Positions 36,844 through 46,674 of a stretch of DNA of 64,000 bases are shown here, piece after piece. Source of the DNA: a bacterium (lineage in GTDB: Bacteria > Hinthialibacterota > Hinthialibacteria > Hinthialibacterales > Hinthialibacteraceae); assembly GCA_963662285.2 (NCBI GenBank), contig CAXXMV010000003.1:256001-320000 (forward strand), read 5' to 3'. Within the stretch, counting starts at the first letter, position 1. Each line of letters begins with the position of its first letter. The notes under the pieces were generated by a model. It ran no database searches. It was given only the letters and a program-made list of their open reading frames with translations, and had not been told where the DNA came from. The translations under genes were made by a program, and so were the position numbers.

Positions 36844-38346
36844 TCAAAAACGAAGTCTCAGACCAACATGCGGGAAAACATCATCTGTGATGTTTTGCGC
36901 CCCGCCGTAAAGGTAAAAATGCTTCCAGATAAGAAATTCTGAATAGGCGTCAAGGCGTTCTTCGTCATTATCAGTTAAGCCAACGCCTTCCATACCGATC
37001 ATCCAGCGGTCAAATATCTGCCAATCCACTCCCAGTCCTAATTCGGATTCGATAATTCCTCCGTGAAAAGTTATTGGACCGGTCTGGTAGGCAAGCTGGG
37101 CTTCAAAGTCATTGGATGAACCAAGATTATTTCCGCCGATTTGTAGATACATATCATCGTACATGGCGTAACGCAAAGAGAAATCCACCCGTGCGTTATT
37201 GTCATCATTATTGAAGCGGGGACTATCAGGGAAATAGAGCATATCCAGTTCCCAATTAAACCGGTCGCCAAGACCAGATATTTGTCCAAGAGCATTTGAA
37301 GCCTGAGCAATAGTATGTTTAGCGGACAAAGAGAGTTCTGGATCATAAATCAGATCATGAACCATACCATCACCGCTTTCGATTTGATGGAGGAAAGAAT
37401 TAACGCGGTTGGAAGCGTCCTTGGCGTTTTCGGAAAACTCCATCAGGTTTTCCATAGCTTTTTCAATCTCGGGATTATTGTTATCAACGATATCGTTTAA
37501 CTTAACAATCAAAAGATCGGCATGCTTCATCGACTTGTTTAATTGCTCTGAGAGGGTAGTGATTTCAGATGTGATCTTATTAAGATTTTTAGGCAATTCT
37601 TCACGCAGGGCGCTGGTTAATTCAGAAGAGTTCTTTAAGGTGCTTGTAAGATGAATGCGGTTCTCATTCAACATATTCCGCGCATCAGTAACAAATAATT
37701 CTGAACTGGCGATTAATGAAATCAGATTTGCAGATGCTATTTGAGCGTTTTGCATTATATCTTTTAAGCGGTCTTCTTCTCCACCGAGAAAATCATTGAT
37801 TTCTTCAGATATTTTTTTCAGATTTTCCGTCAATTTAGTAATATTTTGTTGAAATGCAGAGTCACCCAAAACTTTACCTAAAGCCAAGGTTATTTTCCGG
37901 ACTTCTTGTATTAAAAGATTCATCTCTGCTATAAGCTGATCCATCTGTTGAGGGCCACGACCTTTGAGGATGGTATATTCGGGCGCTTTTTCGAGATCGC
38001 CATAAGATAATTCAATATATTGCTCCCCCATCATTCCAAGAGTGTTGACCGAAGCCATTGAATCGTATGAAACGTGGGCATCCTCTTTAACGCTGATATC
38101 TACGACTACAAAGTAAGTCGGGGTGGGCGCCATCACGACTGTAGAAGAGATATTATCGACTTCTCCAATAGGCAATCCAGCTTGTTTGACGGGCGCGCCT
38201 TTTTCAAGAGTGCCGATATGGGTGAAATACACCGGATAATGAACCTTTCTTCCGGCGAATAAACCGCTGCCCATATTAATTGTGAAAATTAGAAATACAG
38301 CAAATACTACAAGAACGAATAATCCCAAAATGGCTTCTTTGCTCAT
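36844..38346 (-). CDS. mlaD: MlaD/MCE protein with long helical region and C-terminal beta-barrel-like domain
   Basis: TM plus MCE domain (LEKGAPVK..G..IGEV, GMMGEQYIEL); coiled-coil-like middle; amphipathic strands ending VGLRLRF. Confidence 0.85.
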   Translation of the reverse strand: MSKEAILGLFVLVVFAVFLIFTINMGSGLFAGRKVHYPVYFTHIGTLEKGAPVKQAGLPIGEVDNISSTVVMAPTPTYFVVVDISVKEDAHVSYDSMASVNTLGMMGEQYIELSYGDLEKAPEYTILKGRGPQQMDQLIAEMNLLIQEVRKITLALGKVLGDSAFQQNITKLTENLKKISEEINDFLGGEEDRLKDIMQNAQIASANLISLIASSELFVTDARNMLNENRIHLTSTLKNSSELTSALREELPKNLNKITSEITTLSEQLNKSMKHADLLIVKLNDIVDNNNPEIEKAMENLMEFSENAKDASNRVNSFLHQIESGDGMVHDLIYDPELSLSAKHTIAQASNALGQISGLGDRFNWELDMLYFPDSPRFNNDDNNARVDFSLRYAMYDDMYLQIGGNNLGSSNDFEAQLAYQTGPITFHGGIIESELGLGVDWQIFDRWMIGMEGVGLTDNDEERLDAYSEFLIWKHFYLYGGAQNITDDVFPHVGLRLRF

Positions 38347-38401
38347 TATTCCGATTTCACTTTCCAGGGTAATAAATAGATCATCCGACTTATAAGTTTT
38401 A

Positions 38402-38490
38402 TTCCTCCCCCAAGCCTGGGGGAGGTTAGGAGGGGGTTGATTAGTCGAAACACAACCCCCCTCTAACTCCCCCCAGGCTTGGGGGGAGAA
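38402..38490. repeat. Inverted REP doublet (REPIN-like)
   Basis: ttcctcccccaagcctgggggaggttaggagggggttg...caacccccctctaactccccccaggcttggggggagaa. Confidence 0.8.
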
Positions 38491-38547
38491 TTCTATTATC
38501 TCAAGCGTGGCTATAATCTTATCATTTTATATATCTTAGTTGTAACA

Positions 38548-39387
38548 TTAAATATTATTTAAAGGCCCTTCTGATTTACCTAGAATAAATTGTTGCACAA
38601 TTTCATTATCCGTGTTGCGAATTTCAGTCGGCGATCCAGTGTAGATGACTTCTCCATTGAGCAGCATGGATATTTTATCAGAAATCATAAAAGCGCTATT
38701 CATATCATGGGTAATAACCACCGAAGTTGCATTCAACTCTTTGGCTAATTTCATCATTAATTGGTTGATGGCGTCTGATGTAACCGGATCAAGTCCGGAG
38801 GTCGGTTCGTCATACAAGAGAATTTTGGGTTTATTAATGATTGCTCTGGCTAAACCAACCCGTTTACGCATACCGCCTGATAATTCTGAGGGCATTTTAT
38901 CCAGAATATCACCCAATTGCACCATCCGGAGATTTTCTATGACGATCTCTCTAATCTCTTTTTCGGAAAGCTCGCGTTCTTCAAAAAGAGAGAAACCAAC
39001 ATTCTGTAGTACATTCAATGAGTCGAACAAGGCCGCATATTGGAAAATCAAACCGACTTTTTTTCTGATAGGCAACATTTCTTTTTCATCGTAATCAGAT
39101 ATATCTTCTCCATCAACTAATATTGTTCCCTGATCGGCTTTCATAAGACCGCAAATGTGTTTTATCAGGACGCTTTTGCCTTCGCCGCTGCGTCCGATAA
39201 CCGACCGTGTTTCTCCCGGAGCGACGAACATATCGGCGCCCCGCAGTATTTGTTTTCCGCCAAGCCGCTTATGGATGCCGCTCATACGGATCATGTCGCC
39301 ATTGGAACCATTGGCGGAAGATTGGAAATGTTGGTCTTCGATCGCGTTGCTCATGAAAAAAAAATTATGATCCTTAGCGTTGCTCAT
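38548..39387 (-). CDS. mlaF: MlaF/Mkl-type ABC transporter ATPase
   Basis: GRSGEGKS, FQYAALFDSL, LSGGMRKRVGLARA, YDEPTSGLDP; start uncertain (39387 or 39354). Confidence 0.9.
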   Translation of the reverse strand: MSNAKDHNFFFMSNAIEDQHFQSSANGSNGDMIRMSGIHKRLGGKQILRGADMFVAPGETRSVIGRSGEGKSVLIKHICGLMKADQGTILVDGEDISDYDEKEMLPIRKKVGLIFQYAALFDSLNVLQNVGFSLFEERELSEKEIREIVIENLRMVQLGDILDKMPSELSGGMRKRVGLARAIINKPKILLYDEPTSGLDPVTSDAINQLMMKLAKELNATSVVITHDMNSAFMISDKISMLLNGEVIYTGSPTEIRNTDNEIVQQFILGKSEGPLNNI

Positions 39388-40199
39388 GGGAAAAGTTGTA
39401 TGGTCCAAGTAGTTAAAAAGAAATTAGCTATCAAAATCAGTATTGATGACTGCACAACGGCTTCAGTGGTTGCTTCGCCGACGCCTTGGGCGCCGAAACC
39501 GGTTTCAAATCCCCGGTAACACCCCACAATCGCGACTATCATTCCGAAAAAGATTGTTTTGAAAATACCGCTGCAATAATCCTCGAAAGTTAACCATGAC
39601 CAAATATTGGCTATGTATAATCCAGGCGTGATATTTAACAAATATACTCCCACAATAAAGCCGCCGCCAATACCAACCGCTATGGCCAGAACGGCGAGAG
39701 CGGGAAACATGCAAGTCGCCGCAATAAAGCGGGGCGCCACCAGATAACTGATGGGATTGGCGCCCAGGCATTTCAGGGCGTCAATCTGTTCGGTCACTTT
39801 CATGGTGCCAATCTCGGCGGCGATGCCGGCGGCGATGCGTCCCGCCAGAACCACTGAAGTTAGAACCGGGCCAATCTCGCGGGCGAAACTGATCGATGCG
39901 ATGCCGCTGGCGTAATTTTTCATGCCCAGCGGCTGCAATTGCGTGCCGGTTTGCAGCACTAAAACCATCCCTGTGAAGGTTGCGGTCAGTAAAGCGATGG
40001 GAAGAGACATAACTCCCATATGAATCATTTGATCAACTATCATGCGGAAGCGCCATGGCCTACGAAAAGAGATGGCAATAGTCTGCAAGAAAAGTTGCGC
40101 AAGACGCCCGACGCTTTCAAAAAACTTATTGGTTCCTTGACCGATACGGGCTAAAAATGTATCTACATTAGTCTCAATATTTGCAAGAGTATGATTCAT
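39384..40199 (-). CDS. mlaE: MlaE ABC transporter permease
   Basis: REIGPVLTS...AGR...IAAEIGTMKVTEQIDAL, GVGEATT.AVV. Confidence 0.93.
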   Translation of the reverse strand: MNHTLANIETNVDTFLARIGQGTNKFFESVGRLAQLFLQTIAISFRRPWRFRMIVDQMIHMGVMSLPIALLTATFTGMVLVLQTGTQLQPLGMKNYASGIASISFAREIGPVLTSVVLAGRIAAGIAAEIGTMKVTEQIDALKCLGANPISYLVAPRFIAATCMFPALAVLAIAVGIGGGFIVGVYLLNITPGLYIANIWSWLTFEDYCSGIFKTIFFGMIVAIVGCYRGFETGFGAQGVGEATTEAVVQSSILILIANFFLTTWTIQLFP

Positions 40200-40247
40200 A
40201 AGAGCATGATTCTCCCCGGATAATAATGCATCAAACCTCCCTGGACG

Positions 40248-41180
40248 CTATTCAACATTTAATTCGTCAACATATTTAGTCGCTGATATGGCTGCCGTCA
40301 CGCCATCGCCAACCGAACTGGCCATTTGACGGGCGGCGTCTATCCGGCAGTCTCCGCAGGCGAATATGCCGTGAACGCTGGTATGCATCAGCAAATCAAC
40401 TTTGATAAGTTTATGCTCGTCGATTTCAACCAGATTTTCAACCAATTTAGTATTTGGAATATGCCCCACGAAAACGAATACGCCATCAATTTTGTGTTGC
40501 TTGGTCTCTTTGGTTTTTACATTTTCAAGCATTACTCCGATTACTTTTTGATCACTTATTATCTCTGTGACGACTGAATCCCAGATAATATTTACTTTTT
40601 CATTTTTCAAGACCCGGTCTTGAAGCACGGCGCTGGCGCGTAATTGATCACGCCGGTGTACTATTGTAACGGAGTTGCAGAAACGGGTTAAGAAGAGAGC
40701 CTCTTCTACGGCGGCGTCTCCACCTCCTACCACGACCACGTCTTTGTCTCTAAAGAAAGCGCCATCGCAGGTTGCGCAATAAGAGACGCCGGTTCCAACA
40801 TTCTTATCTTCTCCGGGTACGCCCAATTTTCTGGGATCAGCTCCCATAGCCAGGATTATGGAACGGGCCTTAATCTCATTTTTATCAGCCACAATATTAA
40901 ATACGTCTCCATCCCGGCTGATATTTGTTACTGTAGCGCTTTTGAGTTCCGCGCCGAATTTTTCCGCTTGTTTCTGCATTAGGTCGGCAATCTCAAAACC
41001 GCTAACTGATTCCAGAAAACCAGGGTAATTTTCTACTGCATCCGTTAGGGAAATCTGCCCCCCGGCAGCGCCTTTTTCCAGAATAAGAGTACTGAGATTA
41101 CCCCGCGCCGTATATAATGCCGCCGCTAAACCAGCTGGACCTGCTCCAATTACCACAGAATCATATATAGAAGAAACCAT
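40248..41180 (-). CDS. trxB: Thioredoxin-disulfide reductase
   Basis: GAGPAG, VSYCATCDG, GGGDAAVEEA, HRRDQLRA, FACGD. Confidence 0.95.
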   Translation of the reverse strand: MVSSIYDSVVIGAGPAGLAAALYTARGNLSTLILEKGAAGGQISLTDAVENYPGFLESVSGFEIADLMQKQAEKFGAELKSATVTNISRDGDVFNIVADKNEIKARSIILAMGADPRKLGVPGEDKNVGTGVSYCATCDGAFFRDKDVVVVGGGDAAVEEALFLTRFCNSVTIVHRRDQLRASAVLQDRVLKNEKVNIIWDSVVTEIISDQKVIGVMLENVKTKETKQHKIDGVFVFVGHIPNTKLVENLVEIDEHKLIKVDLLMHTSVHGIFACGDCRIDAARQMASSVGDGVTAAISATKYVDELNVE

Positions 41181-41486
41181 TAAATTATCTCCAATCAAAA
41201 AAAATATGTTATTGCGTTTGTCTTTGAATTACTTTATTTTATATCCAAGACAAGAGATTGGCTACTCGACTAGCGGTTATACTTTATCTAAGTTAATCTA
41301 GTTTGATGTAAATAGCTGATTTTTAATTAAAATATGCGAAATTATTTGAATAATTATTGATATTAATTGCATTTTGAAATAATTGCATCTTATAAAATAC
41401 ATTATTACTACGTTATGAATCCGGGAAGGTTCTTGATTAGGCAAAATATTTATAAGTATATTCATAACATCAGAGGAGAAAACGCG

Positions 41487-43112
41487 ATGAAAGTTAACTG
41501 GAATATCGAAAAACACGCGTTATGTTTGCTAAAGTCATCTTTTTTGCTGTGCGCTTTACTGTTAATAATCCAAAGCGTCACGGCGGGGGGGGCGTTTGAT
41601 AATTTCCTCAAAGCGGAACGAAATGGCTGGCAGGCTCAAAAAGCCTTTCAAAAATGCATGAATTTTACTTATGGTTGGCTGGGACATCGCGACCCGCGCT
41701 CAGGCTTGATTCCAAGAAATCTTAACAGGGATAATTTTTGGAACGCGCAGGATTCCGCCGCCGATAACTATCCCTTCATGGTGCTCACTGCATCTTTATT
41801 GAACCGGGAGTTGTTCAAGGGAACCATGCTTGACATGCTGGAGAGCGAAATCATCCGAACTAATCGTCTGGATAACCTGCCTGACGATTTCGATTTCGCC
41901 ACTCAAAAATTCCGTCTTGCCGAAATTGATATGAATCACTTAATCTTCGGCGGTTCTGAATATGTAAAAGATGGATTGATACCATTAACCGAATGGATGG
42001 GGCCAAGCCCCTGGTCGAGCCGTATGATCGGCATCCAGGATTCCATCTGGAAACATGCCGCCATCAATACGCCTTATGGTAAGATTCCCTCGATTAATCA
42101 TGAAATTAATGGAGAACAATTGCAGGTCTTATGCCGTTTATACTGGATGACTGGCGATGAACGTTATAAAGAATGGGCTTTCCGCTTAGCGGATTACTAT
42201 CTGTTGGAACATCTACCAACCGATAATGATAACCTGAGCCTTGACGATCATGGCTGTGAAATCATCGGCGGCTTGGCAGGTGGATATTTCCTGGCGGCTC
42301 ATACTGACGCTGAGCGACGCGAAAAATACCGCGCCCCGATTCACCGCCTGCTGGATCGCATATTGGAAATAGCTATCAATGAAGACGGCCTGTTCCACAT
42401 GGTGGTTAATCCCCAAACTGGCGAAGTAAAAAAAGAGGAATTGACCGACAATTGGGGATATGACTATAACGCCGTCCTTAATGTCGCGCAATTGGATGAT
42501 GTAGACCATTATTACGAAGCCATGCGCCATGTATTGGATAATATTAATAAATACGTCTATTACCCCTGGGAAAACGGTGGTTCCGATGGATACGCCGACT
42601 CCATAGAAGGCGGATTGAATCTGCTCAACCGTATTCCCAATCCCAAAGGTTTCCAGTGGGTGGATGACAGTATGGAAATCCTACTGGCCAAACAGCGTGA
42701 AGATGGAGTTATTGAAGGCTGGCATGGCGATGGCAACTTCGCCCGAACCGCTCTGATGTACGCCCTATGGAAAACCCAAGGCGTTCATCTGGTTGATTGG
42801 AGAGCCGATTTGGCCTTTGGCGCTGTTGTGGATCAAGGTTCGCTATATCTATCGATCCAAGGCGATTGGAAATGGTCCGGTCTAGTGAAATTTGATATCG
42901 CCCGGCACAAGGTCTATTTTAAGTTGCCATCCGATTATCCAAGAATTAACCAATTCCCTGAATGGTTTACAGTTGACGCAGGTAAATCTTATAAAGTATG
43001 CATCAATGGCGCGGAGGAAATAACCAAAACTGGCCAGGAACTGATAACAGGTTTGCAAATATCAACCAAAGCGGGCGTTCCCGTAAACATTAAAGTCTCG
43101 CCAGCTGAATAA
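41487..43112 (+). CDS. Secreted hypothetical protein, alpha/alpha-barrel glycosidase-like
   Basis: RBS gaggag before ATG 41487; signal peptide; conserved-looking DSAADNYPF, DHGCE, IEGWHGDGNFART. Confidence 0.65.
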   Translation: MKVNWNIEKHALCLLKSSFLLCALLLIIQSVTAGGAFDNFLKAERNGWQAQKAFQKCMNFTYGWLGHRDPRSGLIPRNLNRDNFWNAQDSAADNYPFMVLTASLLNRELFKGTMLDMLESEIIRTNRLDNLPDDFDFATQKFRLAEIDMNHLIFGGSEYVKDGLIPLTEWMGPSPWSSRMIGIQDSIWKHAAINTPYGKIPSINHEINGEQLQVLCRLYWMTGDERYKEWAFRLADYYLLEHLPTDNDNLSLDDHGCEIIGGLAGGYFLAAHTDAERREKYRAPIHRLLDRILEIAINEDGLFHMVVNPQTGEVKKEELTDNWGYDYNAVLNVAQLDDVDHYYEAMRHVLDNINKYVYYPWENGGSDGYADSIEGGLNLLNRIPNPKGFQWVDDSMEILLAKQREDGVIEGWHGDGNFARTALMYALWKTQGVHLVDWRADLAFGAVVDQGSLYLSIQGDWKWSGLVKFDIARHKVYFKLPSDYPRINQFPEWFTVDAGKSYKVCINGAEEITKTGQELITGLQISTKAGVPVNIKVSPAE

Positions 43113-43165
43113 GTCCGTGTTGATGAGTTATACAAAAAGTATTAGTTCTGAATAAATATTGAACG

Positions 43166-43205
43166 ATATGTACTTGAAAGGTTTGAAAATCTTTCAAGTA
43201 CATAT
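43166..43205. terminator. Long hairpin / probable terminator
   Basis: atatgtacttgaaag-gtttgaaaat-ctttcaagtacatat. Confidence 0.55.
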
Positions 43206-43288
43206 TTGTTATTGCGCTAATTTCAGTTTAACCTATAATGTAATTGTTTCTATCTTAAATCTTTTTAATTAAATGGGATATAAACTGT

Positions 43289-44299
43289 ATGTTTATTAAG
43301 GCAATCACGATGGTAAAGTTGAATTATTCTTATAAAAGTTTTCTTATAGTAACTGGTGGATTGCTTTTCACCATTATACTGTCTGGTTGCGTGACTACCG
43401 GGGGTTCTATTCAAGCCAATTACTCAAACATCAGCCAGTTGGAAGAAGCCGATAACTTGTTTGATAATGAGAAATACCAGACCGCTTTGCTGAAATATTC
43501 CAGTTACGTATTTTCTCCATTCCCTAATAAAAAGCATGAGGATTACGCTTATTACAAACTCGCCTTGTGTCATTATCTGCTGGGGCAATATTATGACGCC
43601 CAAAAAACAGCAGAGATTCTAGTTCAAACTTATCCCAAATTTGAATATAGCGAGCAAGCCAATGATCTGCTGGCCAAGAGCGATAATAAGATCAATGAAC
43701 GTAAAATTGAGTTCTCCAAACAATGGAATGAGCTATTAAAGGAAATCGAAAAAACAACTCAACTTGCCGCGCAAAATCCTGATAGTGCTGAGCATCAGTT
43801 CAAATTGGGCGATCTTTATTGGGATGCGGGTAAGTACGGTGACGCAGTCCGGCAATATGAAAAAGCGGCTCAGCTGGACAAAGCCTATTTAGAAAAAAAA
43901 AACTTGCGTACCAGGGTTCGCATCGATCAATCTGGTGAATTCCTGATTCGCGATCCCATGTATCAACACATAGAAAAGCCAGCCCCTGTCAGGGTTACGC
44001 AGGTTCGGCGGGATCGCATCACCCGTGAAGACTGGTTGGGTGAGTATGAAGCGTTGAGACTGAGCGGTTATGTTGAGAATGATGGTCTCTATGATGTAAA
44101 TAATGTGCAGGTGGAAATAGCCATCTATGATTTTTTTGATACAATTCAGGAAACTAAACTGGTTAATATTGGCGCTCTGCAAGCTGGCGGACGAAGACCC
44201 TTTACCGTCATGTTCAACCAATACCGTGATATGGCTATCGATATAATGAAATATACTACTGAGATTTTTTTTGATGAATCTGCGGCGGCCCGGCGATGA
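43289..44299 (+). CDS. TPR lipoprotein (BamD/pilotin-like) with C-terminal FxLYD-like domain
   Basis: Lipobox LSGC; TPR motifs AYYKLALCHY and QFKLGDLYWDAGKY; G.VEN.G...V.NVQVEIAIYD...L.AG..RPF. Confidence 0.75.
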   Translation: MFIKAITMVKLNYSYKSFLIVTGGLLFTIILSGCVTTGGSIQANYSNISQLEEADNLFDNEKYQTALLKYSSYVFSPFPNKKHEDYAYYKLALCHYLLGQYYDAQKTAEILVQTYPKFEYSEQANDLLAKSDNKINERKIEFSKQWNELLKEIEKTTQLAAQNPDSAEHQFKLGDLYWDAGKYGDAVRQYEKAAQLDKAYLEKKNLRTRVRIDQSGEFLIRDPMYQHIEKPAPVRVTQVRRDRITREDWLGEYEALRLSGYVENDGLYDVNNVQVEIAIYDFFDTIQETKLVNIGALQAGGRRPFTVMFNQYRDMAIDIMKYTTEIFFDESAAARR

Positions 44300-44358
44300 T
44301 TTTGATGGGTTATTTTATGAAACATATTAATGGAAGATATTTTCACGAGCATAATACT

Positions 44359-45468
44359 ATGAGAAATCCCCTTATGTCATGCAAAAGATTTACTGCTTCG
44401 TTTTTGATAATCGGGATTCTACTTGTTTTTTCTTTCTCCTCTGATGCGCAAATAAAAATCGCACGAGATCCAAAGTTTGCCTTGCCAGCCAATGCAATGA
44501 CAGACTTGATTAAACATTATGAAGATAAACCTGATGGACCCTATCAGGTGATGGTTGAAATTATTATCTTCGAAGTCTTCATGCGTAATGAAGATAAAAT
44601 CGGATTTGTTTACAATATTCTGGGGGAAGTCGGCGAATTCCGCGGTAACAACCTTAATGGTCTTGCTTCCACCGAAAGTGATCTTAGCGTTTTAGGCAGC
44701 GGCGGTAGGGATTTATTATTGCCATCAGGTTTGAATATTGTATCCAATATATTTGAAAGTAACGATGAAGACCGGGTTGAAGCGGTTATCCAGGCTCTTG
44801 CAGAAGATCAGACGGTTCAAGTCTATTCTAATCCCAGGCTTTTAACCCTGGATGGCGTACCAGCCCGTTTGGAAACCGGTGAAGAGATCCCCTTTCTTGA
44901 ACGTAAAAATCTTGGTACCAGCGAAACCTTTTCAACTAATTTCAGAAAATCCGGCGTTACTATGCAGATTACGCCCTTTGTGAGATTCACTGAAACTGAC
45001 ATCCAAAGAAAAAAACCTTATATAATCGTGGACTTGGATGTCAGCCTTTCCAGCATTTCCCGTTATCGCGAAGAAGAAGGTTTTACTCAACCTATTGTTG
45101 ATGATAGGAACTTAACAAATCGTGTGACATTAAAGGCCGGACAACGAATTATTGTCGCCAGTCTTTACCGGGATACTCAAGAGAATACCATGCGCGGCAT
45201 TCCCATTTTGAAGGATCTTCCCGTTCTGGGTAGATTATTTAAGGGGACCACTAATATGAATCAGATTTCGCAGTTATTCATTATGGTGAAACCTGATCTT
45301 TTTGATTATTCCGGAGAACTATTACAAAAAACAGGCGTACTGAATCCTGAACAGGAATCCAAGGGATTTAGAAAGATTCTGGAAAAACGCACCCAGGCTC
45401 TTGATGGGCGTTCAGGACCTTTTGAAGAATTTAGATCACTATTTCTTGATCGTAATACTCCGCGATAA
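44359..45468 (+). CDS. Secretin-family protein 1, no N-domains
   Basis: QVMVEIIIFEV, IQALAED...YSNPRLLTLDG.PA..ETGEEIPF, GV.MQITP, GIPILKDLPVLGRLFK; start uncertain (44296-44374). Confidence 0.85.
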   Translation: MRNPLMSCKRFTASFLIIGILLVFSFSSDAQIKIARDPKFALPANAMTDLIKHYEDKPDGPYQVMVEIIIFEVFMRNEDKIGFVYNILGEVGEFRGNNLNGLASTESDLSVLGSGGRDLLLPSGLNIVSNIFESNDEDRVEAVIQALAEDQTVQVYSNPRLLTLDGVPARLETGEEIPFLERKNLGTSETFSTNFRKSGVTMQITPFVRFTETDIQRKKPYIIVDLDVSLSSISRYREEEGFTQPIVDDRNLTNRVTLKAGQRIIVASLYRDTQENTMRGIPILKDLPVLGRLFKGTTNMNQISQLFIMVKPDLFDYSGELLQKTGVLNPEQESKGFRKILEKRTQALDGRSGPFEEFRSLFLDRNTPR

Positions 45469-45493
45469 ATATAGGATATTCGAATTTAAAATC

Positions 45494-46609
45494 ATGATTG
45501 TAAACCTGGTTAACCTCATAATAAATAATTCAGCTAGAAGAACTCTGGTTAGAAATTTCTATTTAAGCATATTTATATTATGCCTGTTTCCTCTGATCTC
45601 TTCAACTCAGGATATTAGTCCGGTAATTCAGATATCGGCTAATGTTTATGTATATCGATTGGATGGAGAGAAACAACTTGGTTTATTCTATCAATACAAC
45701 AGGACAAGCGGATCAGTTCAAAATAGTGATGTGTTTCTTCATGGAACTGAGAATGTTAATGAACAGGCCATCGGTGCGCTCGATATATCCGGCAGTTTCG
45801 CCACTCTCAAATATGGATCAATTGATTACAACTTAAAGACTGCAATTGAAGAAGGACACGCAACTTTAATAAATCATCAGAGAGCCATTGTCTCTGACGG
45901 GGAACATTTTTCATTCTCTGCTGGTGAAAAGGTTCCTTTAACCAAAGTTGTAATGAAGGGTAATAATATAACCCTAGATACTGAAGAGCGGCCTGTAGGC
46001 ATAAAACTAAATGGAACTCCCCGTATTTTTCGCGGTGATAATATAATCATGGATTTGGAAATTGAATCCAGTGAAATCACCCAAATTAATACTTTCGACC
46101 GTGGTGACGAAAAAAGATATACTCTTCCGGTTATTGCCAAACGAAATATAAAAACTGTGGTAATCGTTCCCTCGGATCGTCCGGTTTATATAGGTGGTTT
46201 ATATACGGATACTACTGGAGATTTAACCAGAAAAGTTCCAATTATTGGTGATCTGCCGATAATTGGCTTCTTCTTAAGAGGATTCAATAAAAGCCGGCGC
46301 CAGTCTGAAACTATTTTTAGAATTACTCCTGTTATTAAAAAGCCCGGTGAAGGTCTGGATATTGGATCATCTATTTTTGAAGAACTTTTGCAACCGGAAG
46401 GCGACTTATCATTAATTCAACAAACCGGCGTCCGTGAAAAAAGTACTGAAGCGAACAGTTCATCAATAATTACGCCTGCAACATCCACCCTTATGGTTCC
46501 TTCACCGCTGATTAAGATGGCTACTGAAGTTGTGAATCAAAAAAAGCCTGAGACAAATAAATCCACCGGGGCAAATAAGAAATCATCTAAAAGGTGGAGT
46601 AATAAATAA
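45494..46609 (+). CDS. Secretin-family protein 2, no N-domains
   Basis: AGEKVP, VGIKLNGTPRI, IAKRNIKTVV, IGGLY, KVPIIGDLPIIGFFLR, ETIFRITP; start uncertain. Confidence 0.82.
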   Translation: MIVNLVNLIINNSARRTLVRNFYLSIFILCLFPLISSTQDISPVIQISANVYVYRLDGEKQLGLFYQYNRTSGSVQNSDVFLHGTENVNEQAIGALDISGSFATLKYGSIDYNLKTAIEEGHATLINHQRAIVSDGEHFSFSAGEKVPLTKVVMKGNNITLDTEERPVGIKLNGTPRIFRGDNIIMDLEIESSEITQINTFDRGDEKRYTLPVIAKRNIKTVVIVPSDRPVYIGGLYTDTTGDLTRKVPIIGDLPIIGFFLRGFNKSRRQSETIFRITPVIKKPGEGLDIGSSIFEELLQPEGDLSLIQQTGVREKSTEANSSSIITPATSTLMVPSPLIKMATEVVNQKKPETNKSTGANKKSSKRWSNK

Positions 46610-46623
46610 TTCCGGTTAACCAA

Positions 46624-46648
46624 GTAGGGGCGCTCCTTGTGGGCGCCC
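46624..46648 (+). repeat. GTAG-type REP (gggcgccc subtype)
   Basis: gtaggggcgctccttgtgggcgccc. Confidence 0.75.
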
Positions 46649-46674
46649 GAAATTTCCTACTCCCTCCATATAAA

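Noticed and set aside
39343-39388. 12-bp direct repeat (catgagcaacgc) at the mlaF start, giving MSNA...MSNA
   Set aside because: A short local duplication that only makes the start codon ambiguous
44296-46609. The two secretin ORFs as one frameshifted gene
   Set aside because: Each has its own hydrophobic leader and its own complete secretin C-domain signature
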